From a virus, in IMG/VR virus record IMGVR_UViG_3300010413_002638, positions 1 through 64,000 of that record: a stretch of DNA of 64,000 nucleotides; one strand, given 5' to 3'. A program made the translations under genes and the position numbers. This document shows positions 48,681-58,534 of this stretch, one piece after another. The notes under the pieces are model-generated. The model was given only the letters and a program-made list of their open reading frames with translations, made no database searches and was not told the DNA's origin. Each line of letters opens with the position of its first letter. Within the stretch, counting starts at the first letter, position 1.

Positions 48681-49247
48681 ATGACGCTCAATAAAAAAGA
48701 AAAATTGCTCTTGGAAGCTGTACAGAGTATGTTACAGCAAGATGCAATGCTTGGGCTCTCTATTCACAAAACGGAAGAGCCCCAATCTTCGACCGAGCGT
48801 GGCTACGAATATCTACATAACCAGATAGATGAAATGTTTGCGCTGAAAGCAGCCGAGCTGATACACGCCGACGGCGTATGCCAGGCATTTCACAAAGTCC
48901 ACAGCTACAAGTATCTGGACGATCCCTCATTCAAGACCGCCATGGAAAAAGAAATGGTGGCCCAAGGGATTCCAGCAGAAGAGCGGAACAAAGCCGCTGA
49001 ATGGATTCCGCAAATAATCCAAGAACTCAGGGAAGAACAATCTGAATGGGCCGAGAAAGACCACGGCTTCCATCCAGATATGAAAGAAATTAAAGAAATG
49101 AGCCAGCCCGACCAGCCGCTGGACTTCGCTGTCGAAGACGTCGAAGGCTGGCCCACCACCGCTAACGTCGAATGGGACAAAGGCAACGCCAGCCCCAGCC
49201 GCACCCCAGACGAAGCACAAAATACCAAAAATCGCCAAACAAAATGA
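48681..49247 (+). CDS. Hypothetical protein
   Basis: GGAGG SD and CAAAATTA upstream. Confidence 0.75.
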   Translation: MTLNKKEKLLLEAVQSMLQQDAMLGLSIHKTEEPQSSTERGYEYLHNQIDEMFALKAAELIHADGVCQAFHKVHSYKYLDDPSFKTAMEKEMVAQGIPAEERNKAAEWIPQIIQELREEQSEWAEKDHGFHPDMKEIKEMSQPDQPLDFAVEDVEGWPTTANVEWDKGNASPSRTPDEAQNTKNRQTK

Positions 49248-49522
49248 GCGCCTATTGCGTCATAAGTGAATTCTTCCGCCAACTAAAAGAAATGGAAGAA
49301 CTTCTTCCGCAAGTTCAAGACATTGAACTCCGCGAGAAACTGGCCGCCATCCACGCTCATATGCACAAAGTAGTCCGTATTGGCGAAAGAGCAGCAATGG
49401 ATCTGGAACGAGGAGTCAAGCACGACTGCATGGTCATCCCCAGACCAGTGTTGGAGCGTCAAAACGACCTGTACAAACTCGATTACGACGTTGAAACCTA
49501 TGAAGCTCAGCCAGATCAATGA
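49244..49522 (+). CDS. Hypothetical protein
   Basis: ATG overlaps the previous stop. Confidence 0.6.
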   Translation: MSAYCVISEFFRQLKEMEELLPQVQDIELREKLAAIHAHMHKVVRIGERAAMDLERGVKHDCMVIPRPVLERQNDLYKLDYDVETYEAQPDQ

Positions 49523-49529
49523 AAATCTG

Positions 49530-49742
49530 ATGATGCAACAGCTTCGCGGTGCTCTCTCCGCCAACGGACCATACTTCATGCGGCCCAACGTCCAACTAAG
49601 CAACAGCTATTCAGCTAATAGCGGATTCGATGCCGGTGCAAGAAATTCCGGCCTAACTATGCTACCCACCGGTATCCCCAGCAAACCCAGACATAGACAA
49701 TATCTGGGCCTCGAGCGGCGACCCGGCACCCTCCGGTTATGA
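49530..49742 (+). CDS. Hypothetical protein
   Basis: Fills the gap before the methyltransferase gene. Confidence 0.45.
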   Translation: MMQQLRGALSANGPYFMRPNVQLSNSYSANSGFDAGARNSGLTMLPTGIPSKPRHRQYLGLERRPGTLRL

Positions 49743-50278
49743 TGGAACACTTCTATCAGCTACCCCATATGGGTGAAGACTATTTCACCTACCCACACCT
49801 CTATCGCGACATGGTTCAAGAGTTCGGTGACGGCAGCCATTTCGTAGAACTTGGCGGCTTCAAGGGCAAATCGACAGCCTATATGGCCGTCGAAATAATC
49901 AACTCTGGCAAGCGCATTCGCTTCGATTGCATAGACTTATTCATCGATTGTCCGCAAGGTAGCGGTGAATTCATCAAATCCTGTTTTTTGAATAATATCC
50001 AACCAGTAAAACACGTAGTCAATTTGTTTATCGGAGATTCAGCGGGAGCTGCTCGCTGTTACGTAGACGAATCGATCCATTTCATTTTTCTAGATGCCGA
50101 CCACACCTACGAAGGCGTCGGCAGAGATATAACGTGCTGGCTACCAAAAATCGCTGTCGGTGGGATCTTAGCTGGCCACGATTATGAATGGACAGGTGTT
50201 AGACAAGCAGTGTCAGAATTGCTACCACAAGCAACAAACTACAAACGAGACCCACACTGTTGGTTCGTCAGGAAGTAG
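49739..50278 (+). CDS. Class I SAM methyltransferase (Methyltransf_24-like)
   Basis: FVELGGFKGKS, CIDLF, FIFLDADHTY and GGILAGHDY motifs. Confidence 0.85.
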   Translation: MMEHFYQLPHMGEDYFTYPHLYRDMVQEFGDGSHFVELGGFKGKSTAYMAVEIINSGKRIRFDCIDLFIDCPQGSGEFIKSCFLNNIQPVKHVVNLFIGDSAGAARCYVDESIHFIFLDADHTYEGVGRDITCWLPKIAVGGILAGHDYEWTGVRQAVSELLPQATNYKRDPHCWFVRK

Positions 50279-51047
50279 AAATAATACCACTGCCACCACA
50301 CTTTGGACACACTTGTGTGTTTCGGCCCATTCTCACATCACCATCACCATGGCAGATCGGGCAAGTGGCAGTAGTATTGGCATAACCAGACCTAGCGAAA
50401 TCCGGCGTCTGGTCGTGCATGGAATCAGCCGCCATCTTTTTGAACCGCTGTTGTAGCTTTCTGTCGTCTTCCGTCTTTTGGATACTGATTCTGGTCGTAC
50501 CTGTGCCATCTACCCGTTGTTGCGGTACAGCAAGCGGCTGACCTTCCCGGCCTTCTACAACAGCCATCTTCACTTTTCCCTTAAGAGCATCGGCAGGGAG
50601 TTCACCTTTCACGCTGGTCGTGTCATGGCTAGCATATGATTGTACGTTCCCGAGTGTAGTATTCCCTCCGACACTAGACATTGGTCGTGATCGATCAACT
50701 ACGTCTGTGGATACCCAATCGCCGTCTTCTTCCTGTGCCACCGGCTGCGGTTGGGGCTTCGGTTGGGGCTCCGGCGTTGATGCTTCTTGTACCGGTTCGG
50801 GAGTTTGCTTTTCCGCGATTGCTATCCCACCAGACTCTGAGATATTCAAGCCCAGTGCTTTGGCTTGTTCGATAACTTCCTGGATTTTCTTTTGCTTATC
50901 CAAGAACGCGGCTTTGGCACTCTTGATACTGGCTTCTTCCGCATGTTCATCGCAAATATCGACTGTATGCTTAAGTCCATCATCAAGCGTAATGGTCAGC
51001 TGCGTATTTAAATTCTTGGAAGTACCGCAGTAGATACATTGCGACAT
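50268..51047 (-). CDS. Hypothetical protein with a DnaJ-type Zn finger
   Basis: N-terminal CIYC...C..H and C-terminal CPICHGDG...CPKCGGSG. Confidence 0.7.
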   Translation of the reverse strand: MSQCIYCGTSKNLNTQLTITLDDGLKHTVDICDEHAEEASIKSAKAAFLDKQKKIQEVIEQAKALGLNISESGGIAIAEKQTPEPVQEASTPEPQPKPQPQPVAQEEDGDWVSTDVVDRSRPMSSVGGNTTLGNVQSYASHDTTSVKGELPADALKGKVKMAVVEGREGQPLAVPQQRVDGTGTTRISIQKTEDDRKLQQRFKKMAADSMHDQTPDFARSGYANTTATCPICHGDGDVRMGRNTQVCPKCGGSGIISTS

Positions 51048-51074
51048 TTTCAATATTCTCCGAAGGACAAGCTA

Positions 51075-51482
51075 ATGGCAAAAGTATCTATCATCGAAGT
51101 TGATCTAGGTTTCAGTGTATCCGATCTAATCAATGAAGACGTAGCCGGTCTGGTTGGCGAAGCACAAAAGGAATTAGAAACCGCCATTTCGACAGCCAAA
51201 AAAGCCAACGCACTACGAGAGCAAAAGGAAAGAGAAGCCCAAGAGTCAGTTGACAAAATTAGTGCAGTCATGGCCACGGCATACGACAATATCAAAACAG
51301 CCGGGGAAGAAGGAGTCCCAGCCGACCAAATCATGGCAGTCATAGATGGAGCAATCCCCAACATATCCGCCTTCACCTTACGAATGAAGAAAATCCTACG
51401 CGACAACGGCAACGAATATGCCATCATCAAAAAGAAAAAAGGCGGAGTCCCGCATTATATATTTATACCCTTCAATCAATAA
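51075..51482 (+). CDS. Hypothetical protein
   Basis: AAGGA SD. Confidence 0.7.
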   Translation: MAKVSIIEVDLGFSVSDLINEDVAGLVGEAQKELETAISTAKKANALREQKEREAQESVDKISAVMATAYDNIKTAGEEGVPADQIMAVIDGAIPNISAFTLRMKKILRDNGNEYAIIKKKKGGVPHYIFIPFNQ

Positions 51483-51709
51483 AAACCGTGATTTGCCAAC
51501 ACTTCATAAATACGGTCTATCGTTCTCTGACTCACACCATTAATAGTAAGTAATTGTTTCTTGGTGCGAGCGAGCAGCATGCCCAGATTATGAATTCCAT
51601 TACTATCCAAAATGCCTGCGATAGTAGCACTCAGACCAGCATCCTGACAAGGTATATCTAGCTTAGCTTCTAATTCTTCCCGAGAGAATTGTGAGTAGTG
51701 TTTTGCCAT
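51476..51709 (-). CDS. Stand-alone RNA polymerase alpha-CTD-like protein
   Basis: GLS....IL.SNGIHNLG.LL..T..QLL.I.GV....I..I..VL pattern. Confidence 0.65.
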   Translation of the reverse strand: MAKHYSQFSREELEAKLDIPCQDAGLSATIAGILDSNGIHNLGMLLARTKKQLLTINGVSQRTIDRIYEVLANHGFY

Positions 51710-52479
51710 TTGGTGCGTAAGACCTTAACCAATTCACACATCACTCTTATCTGATCCTCGAAAGCCGCCTTGCGGCTTCCATCGCGAAAATTAACCGGTG
51801 ATGGGTGATAAATCGCAAAGACGCCCACGCCAAATTTCTCGCTCTTGGTAATCTTCTTCAGCGACGGGCCAAAATCAACACCAGGGCATAATTGCGTAAA
51901 CGATACCGCCCCCAGCGCTATAATTAGTTTTGGCCGCAGCAAATTGATCTCCATACACAAGAAAGGCTCGCAACGATCCATATGACGCTGCGTCGGCCTC
52001 TGATTTCCTTCCGTATAGCAACGCACCGTATTACAGATATAGAACCAATCCCTCGAAACACCGTGCTTCTTTATTTCCGTATCGAAATTATTACCAGCCG
52101 CCCCCACAAAAGGCTCATTCTTCTCCAATTCGTTCCAACCCGGATTCTGCCCCACGATAACAAAAGGTGAGGGATTCATATTACTCAGCACATGTGGGTC
52201 GCGGATTTCATTTTTGCGTTCCGCACCTTTGATGCCAAGCTCGCACATACTACACGCTGTGCAAGTAGTAGAAAGCTGACGAAGCATACGCAATTTGCGA
52301 TCTCGCCACGCTTCTTTACCGACGTCAAGAACGCTGATGAAATCTGGCACGAATACCTCGGCTGGTGCTGTGCTAGTGAAACCAAACCAATCGAAATTCC
52401 TCAGCTCATCCAGAGGATCACTGGGTTCAGGGGTCTCAATACAAGCGAATCTTTTTCGGTAGGCTTCATATTTTGACAT
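51670..52479 (-). CDS. Uracil-DNA glycosylase family 4
   Basis: C..C..C, GQNPG..E....PFVGAAG, N.VRC, RP......C, IALG and YHPS motifs. Confidence 0.85.
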   Translation of the reverse strand: MSKYEAYRKRFACIETPEPSDPLDELRNFDWFGFTSTAPAEVFVPDFISVLDVGKEAWRDRKLRMLRQLSTTCTACSMCELGIKGAERKNEIRDPHVLSNMNPSPFVIVGQNPGWNELEKNEPFVGAAGNNFDTEIKKHGVSRDWFYICNTVRCYTEGNQRPTQRHMDRCEPFLCMEINLLRPKLIIALGAVSFTQLCPGVDFGPSLKKITKSEKFGVGVFAIYHPSPVNFRDGSRKAAFEDQIRVMCELVKVLRTKWQNTTHNSLGKN

Positions 52480-53173
52480 GTCGTTTTACGAAAGCATCAT
52501 ATTCTTCGCGAGTATCAATACCAGCATGTAGTATGGAACGAGTGAGCACTTTAATTCGATAGCCAGCTTGCAACCAGGTTAATTGTTCTAGCGACTCGCC
52601 GGAATACGTGGTTTTATCGAGCGTGGCCGTTGCCATCAATGTTTCGTACGTGAAAGCATAAATCCCCATATGCTTCAAAGCCGCTTCCGGCTGGTCATAT
52701 GGAATAGGGCAGCGACTAAAGTACATCGCCAGATCGTCATGATCCAAGACTGCTTTTACCACGTCTGGAGACTGGTATTCTTCCGACGTGGCCGATGCAG
52801 CTAGTGTCGCCACCTCCACGTCATGCCTCGTGCAAGCATACGCCAAATCCAACACGTGCAGCGGGTCTAATTCTGGTTCGTCGCCCTGCCAATTAACTAT
52901 GATAGTATCATTATCAATATCCATATCTCCCGCCAATGCCGCTCTCACGCGCTCAGTGCCAGAAGAACAATTACCGGTCATGATGACTTCGGCAGACTTC
53001 CTAACCACATCGCGAATTTGTTGGTTATCCGTAGCCACCACCACACGACCAAACCTCTCTTTGGCGGCCTGGACGGTATGCAAAATAAGCGGTTGCCCGG
53101 TTTCACTCAACAATAATTTGTTGGGTAATCGGGAAGATTCTAGCCTAGCAGGAATTACTACAACAACTCTCAT
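52466..53173 (-). CDS. kdsB: 3-deoxy-manno-octulosonate cytidylyltransferase (CMP-Kdo synthetase)
   Basis: IPARLESSRLPNKLL, VATD, SGTER, NWQGDEP, YFSR.PIP, HMGIYAF, ESLEQL and GIDT motifs. Confidence 0.9.
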   Translation of the reverse strand: MRVVVVIPARLESSRLPNKLLLSETGQPLILHTVQAAKERFGRVVVATDNQQIRDVVRKSAEVIMTGNCSSGTERVRAALAGDMDIDNDTIIVNWQGDEPELDPLHVLDLAYACTRHDVEVATLAASATSEEYQSPDVVKAVLDHDDLAMYFSRCPIPYDQPEAALKHMGIYAFTYETLMATATLDKTTYSGESLEQLTWLQAGYRIKVLTRSILHAGIDTREEYDAFVKRHVKI

Positions 53174-54117
53174 GGCTTGATAATTTTCATAGTGGCTGGC
53201 TTGAATTCGCGTTGAGCATATTTCAGAAGCCGCATAATGCAGGAACCGACATCCATGCACCAATCCCATTGGGCATAGCTACCAACGCAATAAATACCAG
53301 CACGCTCCACATTGTCCAATTTGGGAGTATGACCCATAGGCAAAGCATTTTCGATGGAAGTACCATCGATAATCTCAAAACGAGACGTAAACGCCATCAA
53401 ATAAACACCAGGAGTCGGAATCTCCTCATGACAGTAGAACAAATATCTATTCTTGGATATATTAGCCACCTTGAAGAAAGAAATAGGAGCATCAACAACC
53501 AATAATTGATTAAAGCCTTCAAAATCAAGAGAGTCGGTCTCCACGTGCAAATAATGTAGTGTCTTCGACGGCAGTTCCACGTTAACGTTCATCAACTTAC
53601 ACAACGCATCCAGCGGTATGGTGCTCACAGCATTATCAAAGTCAATTCTATTCCCATCACGTATGAAGAAATGATCACCTACTGCTGTTACTGCTCCCTT
53701 GGCAGCCTCTTCCTTCAAGTCTGACAAAAATTCATTCACCAACGATTGATATAAGCCGTTGACTCGAATATCATAAACAAACAAATTCATCCTGTTACTA
53801 TGATAAATCTCGCTCTGGGGCGGAACCACTGTTCCAAACATTTTGCTAAGCCAATCAGAGCATAACCCCGAACTATAGTCGGATATTATCTGCCCGGCTA
53901 TTGACCAAGCTCGCTTGTATACGTATACAGGCAACGACTTGCCATATAAGTCTTTGATGAATGGATCTAACTGTTCGTCCCGGATGATAAAGTTATCATC
54001 CAGTGCCGGGTTAAACGAGAAGAATCTACTACGATAAAACGGGATGACCTTCCAGGAAGGTCCTAGAATCTTCCGTGCCAATAATCCAACTATTCCAGAC
54101 CCAAAGATTACGTTCAT
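53170..54117 (-). CDS. Putative FAD-dependent oxidoreductase/mutase-like protein
   Basis: IFGSGIVGL dinucleotide-binding motif, STIPL, and G.YAQW. Confidence 0.55.
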   Translation of the reverse strand: MNVIFGSGIVGLLARKILGPSWKVIPFYRSRFFSFNPALDDNFIIRDEQLDPFIKDLYGKSLPVYVYKRAWSIAGQIISDYSSGLCSDWLSKMFGTVVPPQSEIYHSNRMNLFVYDIRVNGLYQSLVNEFLSDLKEEAAKGAVTAVGDHFFIRDGNRIDFDNAVSTIPLDALCKLMNVNVELPSKTLHYLHVETDSLDFEGFNQLLVVDAPISFFKVANISKNRYLFYCHEEIPTPGVYLMAFTSRFEIIDGTSIENALPMGHTPKLDNVERAGIYCVGSYAQWDWCMDVGSCIMRLLKYAQREFKPATMKIIKP

Positions 54118-54851
54118 TCTTCTGCTAAATCACTGTCATCGAAGTTGGCTGACTCTTCCTGCTCCTCCACTGGTCCCGCCGCGTCAATAAGCTTCTGCCA
54201 GGCTTCTTCGTTGGCGTCTTCGGCCATATCATCTGACGCCTGCTGTAGTGCATTACCAACGAAATCTGTACTGCTTGCCTTTTTCTTGGGGACCTTCTTA
54301 GGAGCCTTTTTGGCGGCTTTCTTAGCTGGCTTTTTCTTGGTACTCTTCGGCTTTTCCTCTTGCTCTTCTTTAGGCTCGAGAACGTCAATCAGGTCTTGGT
54401 CCACCTCGGGCTCAGAATCGCTCGGAAGGGCTTCCGATGGCTCCTCGAGGGCCTCCGCCAAGTCATTTACATCGATTCTATCGCCAATGGGTTCCCCGGA
54501 GGGTGTTATCGGTTCATTAAAGTCATGCAACAAGGGGTCCAATTCTGACGCCGGAACCCTCCCGGATTCAATGGGATTATTAAATGGATCGTTGATGACC
54601 GGCTCAGGAGGAATACAATGCTCGCAAGAATAATGTACCGGCTGAAAAGGCGGGTCCATCAACTTCACATGCACGACCAATCCCTGCCCGCAATTGGGGC
54701 AAACCGTCGATAATTTACTCGGCTTGACAATATTCCCAAAAGCATTTTCCATTGTGTTGTGGTCAGCGATCGGCGTGTCGAATTCGATCGGACGACCAAA
54801 TATTTCAACGCCATTGATAACCATCGGAACCAAATCGTATGGATTGTACAT
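54114..54851 (-). CDS. Hypothetical acidic protein with a Zn ribbon
   Basis: CPNC...CEHC motif and low-complexity tail. Confidence 0.7.
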   Translation of the reverse strand: MYNPYDLVPMVINGVEIFGRPIEFDTPIADHNTMENAFGNIVKPSKLSTVCPNCGQGLVVHVKLMDPPFQPVHYSCEHCIPPEPVINDPFNNPIESGRVPASELDPLLHDFNEPITPSGEPIGDRIDVNDLAEALEEPSEALPSDSEPEVDQDLIDVLEPKEEQEEKPKSTKKKPAKKAAKKAPKKVPKKKASSTDFVGNALQQASDDMAEDANEEAWQKLIDAAGPVEEQEESANFDDSDLAEE

Positions 54852-54858
54852 TTCTCAC

Positions 54859-55413
54859 CTATGATTGCGTGGACCACTTGCCAGCTGACTTGCGAATCTG
54901 CTCAGCCTTCTTACGTAGCCCCAAAAAGGAATCTTCTGACAAACTGAACTCCAAAAATCGATCATCAGTATGTATCGACGCTGGTTTTACATAATTTGTG
55001 TTGCCACACGAACAAGCCTTGTCCGCATCAAATGTCTTCTTTTGGCACTTAGTGCAAATATTCGGTTGCCCAGCCATTCTGACATCGACCTTGGTCGCAG
55101 TGCAATAATAATAGCTGTAATTCGCCCCAAATTTTTCACCAGTGAGTTCACAAATATGTGGAGCACGTTGCCGTCGTGTTCCCGACATCACGAGCTTATA
55201 ATTATTGATTATTTGCTGACTCAGTGTTGAAAAACACGCCGTGCAGATGTCCAACGAAAACACAATTTGTGAGTGATACAGCGTATCCAAGCCAGGCATA
55301 CGACCGTCAGTCACTGTAATATGCCGGAAATCAAACGAATAATAGATAAAATCATTGCGATAAGAAGCACCACAATGATCGCAAGCTATCCCACTTCTGT
55401 CACTGGTTTGCAT
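54859..55413 (-). CDS. Hypothetical Cys-rich protein
   Basis: Multiple CxxC pairs and a GGAG SD. Confidence 0.7.
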   Translation of the reverse strand: MQTSDRSGIACDHCGASYRNDFIYYSFDFRHITVTDGRMPGLDTLYHSQIVFSLDICTACFSTLSQQIINNYKLVMSGTRRQRAPHICELTGEKFGANYSYYYCTATKVDVRMAGQPNICTKCQKKTFDADKACSCGNTNYVKPASIHTDDRFLEFSLSEDSFLGLRKKAEQIRKSAGKWSTQS

Positions 55414-55427
55414 AAATAGTCTCCATA

Positions 55428-58172
55428 CTATTTATTCAACTTCTCCATCCTCTCCGCCTCATAGGCTTCTCTCCAACCACGATGGAGTAGTTTAATAATT
55501 ACCTCACCTCGCACCAAAGTGAAGGTATTGCGCATCTCATCATATTCGACAAAGAGCTGCACACCAGTACCAGGTTGCTGGATCATCTCTAAATCCTGCA
55601 TCAACAGAGCCTTGCCAAAAAGCATCACCAGAGTGCTTTGGATGCCGTCACTAATCACCAGTCTACCGTATGGCTTGTTGTTCTTTGATTCCGCCATTTC
55701 AAAACCTATGATAACGCCCTCCAATTTGGCCTCACCATTCTTAACGGAATTCACTTTCGCATCTTCAATAGTGCAACCGCCCTCTATCTCATACACATCC
55801 AAAGGAGAGTGTAAATAATATCCAAGATATTCCTTCTCGAACTCAAGCATTTGTTCAATAGTGAAGTCCTCTGGAAACAAGGACATTACTTTCTCGGGAG
55901 AATCATCAGGGACCGGCTTCCAATTCTCCATTTTGGTCGGAACCTTGCGGCGATTTGGATATGCTTTGAAATATTCATCAATTTGGCGTTGACGTTCTTG
56001 TTCGATAGCTTCGTCCGTCCAATCATCCAGCAGCAACAATTTTCGCCTTATCTCCTGGCGGAGCTTGGTGATGTCCTTGCCACTGCAATATTTGTACCTG
56101 TAATACTCCCAAGTCGCCTGAGCATTTTCGTATCCTGGAAACTGCCTGAATGACCCCAATTTGATGAAACGCTCAAAAACCGACTTGTCCTTCCCTGCCG
56201 AGTCAACCATATCATCCAAAGAAGTAAATTGCCGTTGGCTGGTCCATTTTTTAGCGGCAACATCGCCCAACCCCTTGATGCCAATCAAACCCTGGTTCAC
56301 CACATCGCCCGTAACCGTGAAATTGGCGGTCATATTCTCCACATTGATCGTGTCGAACTTCACGCCACGAGCACGTTGCTTCGGTTGGAACTTGCCACAA
56401 TACGTGATATCCGTCGGTTCCCAGTTCTCAGACCGTGCCACGCCCATATAACGAACGAGTTTGTCCGGATGGCAATCGCTCATCACCGCCGCCCAGAACT
56501 CTGGCGCGAAATGAGCCTTCAACCATAAACATCGATGAGCCACCAGGCAATAACTGACAGCATGGCTGCGGTTAAACGCATATCGCCCAAACGTCTCCAT
56601 CTTCGTCCACCACTGCTCCGCTTCCTGCTCACCCAAAACACGCGAAGCACCGCGTACCCATTTCTCCTTGATGGGCTTGAGCTTGTGCGTCCATTTCTTG
56701 GCTACAGCCTTACGAGCCTCCTGAGCCTCCGGAGCCGTAAAACCAGCCACAAGCTGCCAAATAGCCTGCAACTGCTCCTGATAAACAATGACTCCATAAG
56801 TGTCTTTCAAGACACTAAGAATATCCGGATGTAATTTCTTCTGCCAACGGCCTGATGTATCATCGCGGTTTGCCACCGCATCCGGAATAGAGGCCATAGG
56901 ACCAGGATGCCCCATGGCATTAAAGAGCATCAGATCCTCAAAATTCCGTACACCATTCTGCAAGATACTCTTGGCCAGATTCGTATCGAATTGAAAAACG
57001 CCATCTGTCTTCTGGGCGTTTGCCAGTGCAAGCGCGTACTCGTCATTTAGGTCAATATATCGTTTATTCCCGTCGCCGTCGAAGAAATGACCAGCTCGGC
57101 TTTGTGTAGGATCAATATCATCCCATCCGTCCATGTTCTTGCCAAAAGAGATACCACGATTCCGCTCGATCAATTTGCAACATTCGAAGATATACTTGAG
57201 CGTCTTGAGACCGAGAATGTCCCACTTAACATAACCAAACTTGGACAGCTGTGTGTTACGGCCTTCCGTCCACATGCTGATCCAATAGCCACCCTTCTTG
57301 CTCTTAGCCAGCGGAATATTGCCGTAGAGAGAGCGATCGGCAATAATCAGGGCACCAGCGTGCATACCCATATTGCGAACGCGACCTACCAACTTGACCG
57401 CATAATCAACGATCTTAGGGTGCTTCTTGGCGAATTTGAGGAGATCTTCATGGTCTCGCAGAAGTTTACCAATAGTAATTCCATCTGTGTCAGCAGATCC
57501 GCATTTAGGGCACTTGGTAGCGTTATGCGAATGCCCACATTCAGTCTCTTCACCGGTATCTGCATTGACGACACGGCCCTTACAATTAGACTTGCCTCCA
57601 TCCTTTAGATCATCCACTTCATCCGGCAGATTGGTCGTAAGTGATAAAATCTCCTGTTTATCCAGCCAGCCGGTGGCGGCACAGACATCGATAAGAGCAG
57701 ATCGGAATTTGTAGGTTGTCCATGTGCCCACACTGCAGACAGCACCATAACCGTCTTTGATGTGCGCACCGAATTTCCGCATCGCATATTCTTTAATAGG
57801 ATCACGGGCTTCCGGTAGACAATCTATATCAATATCCGGTTGGTCTGGATCTTTGATGAGATCAGGCGGGATAAAGCCCTGGTCGCGCTTGAAATCTGAT
57901 ACCACAGAAGCCCGCACGCTATTGAGCATGGGCGTGGTGCGAGCAGCAATCGGGTCTCCTTCGACCATTCCCAACAACCACGGCAACAAAAGAAAGTTGG
58001 GATTAGAAGAGAATTTCTTGCCGTCGTTGTAGAGATTCGTCCAGTAAGTGATAGCACCTTGCTTCTCAACTTCCTGGATTTCGAATTTCAGCCGTTCTTG
58101 ATACTCTTGGCCGTTCTTGCGATTTGCTTTGTTTGCTATCTCTTTGATTTCTTGCCAAGAGACTTCAGCCAC
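55428..58172 (-). CDS. dnaE: DNA polymerase III alpha subunit, C-terminal (catalytic) part
   Basis: PDIDID, HAGALII, KWDILGL, GVFQF, TYGVIVYQEQ, YAFNRSHA..Y, IKGLG, EKEYLGYY and an OB fold. Confidence 0.92.
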   Translation of the reverse strand: MAEVSWQEIKEIANKANRKNGQEYQERLKFEIQEVEKQGAITYWTNLYNDGKKFSSNPNFLLLPWLLGMVEGDPIAARTTPMLNSVRASVVSDFKRDQGFIPPDLIKDPDQPDIDIDCLPEARDPIKEYAMRKFGAHIKDGYGAVCSVGTWTTYKFRSALIDVCAATGWLDKQEILSLTTNLPDEVDDLKDGGKSNCKGRVVNADTGEETECGHSHNATKCPKCGSADTDGITIGKLLRDHEDLLKFAKKHPKIVDYAVKLVGRVRNMGMHAGALIIADRSLYGNIPLAKSKKGGYWISMWTEGRNTQLSKFGYVKWDILGLKTLKYIFECCKLIERNRGISFGKNMDGWDDIDPTQSRAGHFFDGDGNKRYIDLNDEYALALANAQKTDGVFQFDTNLAKSILQNGVRNFEDLMLFNAMGHPGPMASIPDAVANRDDTSGRWQKKLHPDILSVLKDTYGVIVYQEQLQAIWQLVAGFTAPEAQEARKAVAKKWTHKLKPIKEKWVRGASRVLGEQEAEQWWTKMETFGRYAFNRSHAVSYCLVAHRCLWLKAHFAPEFWAAVMSDCHPDKLVRYMGVARSENWEPTDITYCGKFQPKQRARGVKFDTINVENMTANFTVTGDVVNQGLIGIKGLGDVAAKKWTSQRQFTSLDDMVDSAGKDKSVFERFIKLGSFRQFPGYENAQATWEYYRYKYCSGKDITKLRQEIRRKLLLLDDWTDEAIEQERQRQIDEYFKAYPNRRKVPTKMENWKPVPDDSPEKVMSLFPEDFTIEQMLEFEKEYLGYYLHSPLDVYEIEGGCTIEDAKVNSVKNGEAKLEGVIIGFEMAESKNNKPYGRLVISDGIQSTLVMLFGKALLMQDLEMIQQPGTGVQLFVEYDEMRNTFTLVRGEVIIKLLHRGWREAYEAERMEKLNK

Positions 58173-58534
58173 TTTTGATATTCCTCTAACTTGTCAGCAT
58201 GATTACTTTTTACATGCAGCGTCCGCCCACTAGTGCTAGACATAGGTTTGTTGCAAAATGGACAACACAGCTGATCGGTCGGAGCTGGTTCTGGTACTGG
58301 TTCCACCTGTGTGGGTCTGGGAATAGTATCTGGGTCCAATTCCCATGGTTGTATGGCAACCAATCTACCCTGGCGTTTTTCCATAGGTGCAGAATAGAGA
58401 CAATAACCAGCCTCCACTGCCCTATTTAGCAGCTCCTGATACTCTGAGTTATTCTTTAGTTTGTGCTGCGATATAATGCGGCTCGGTGGTTTAACCAGAA
58501 TGAAAGCAGTATGCTTGAAGTCAATCTTGTTCAT
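58136..58534 (-). CDS. Hypothetical protein with a C2H2 Zn finger
   Basis: CPFC...LHVKSNH motif. Confidence 0.65.
   Translation of the reverse strand: MNKIDFKHTAFILVKPPSRIISQHKLKNNSEYQELLNRAVEAGYCLYSAPMEKRQGRLVAIQPWELDPDTIPRPTQVEPVPEPAPTDQLCCPFCNKPMSSTSGRTLHVKSNHADKLEEYQKWLKSLGKKSKR

Noticed and set aside
55413-55434. TAAATAGT/ACTATTTA hairpin around an SD at the dnaE stop
   Set aside because: It is a weak AT-rich stem and a single instance, so there is not enough support for a regulatory call.
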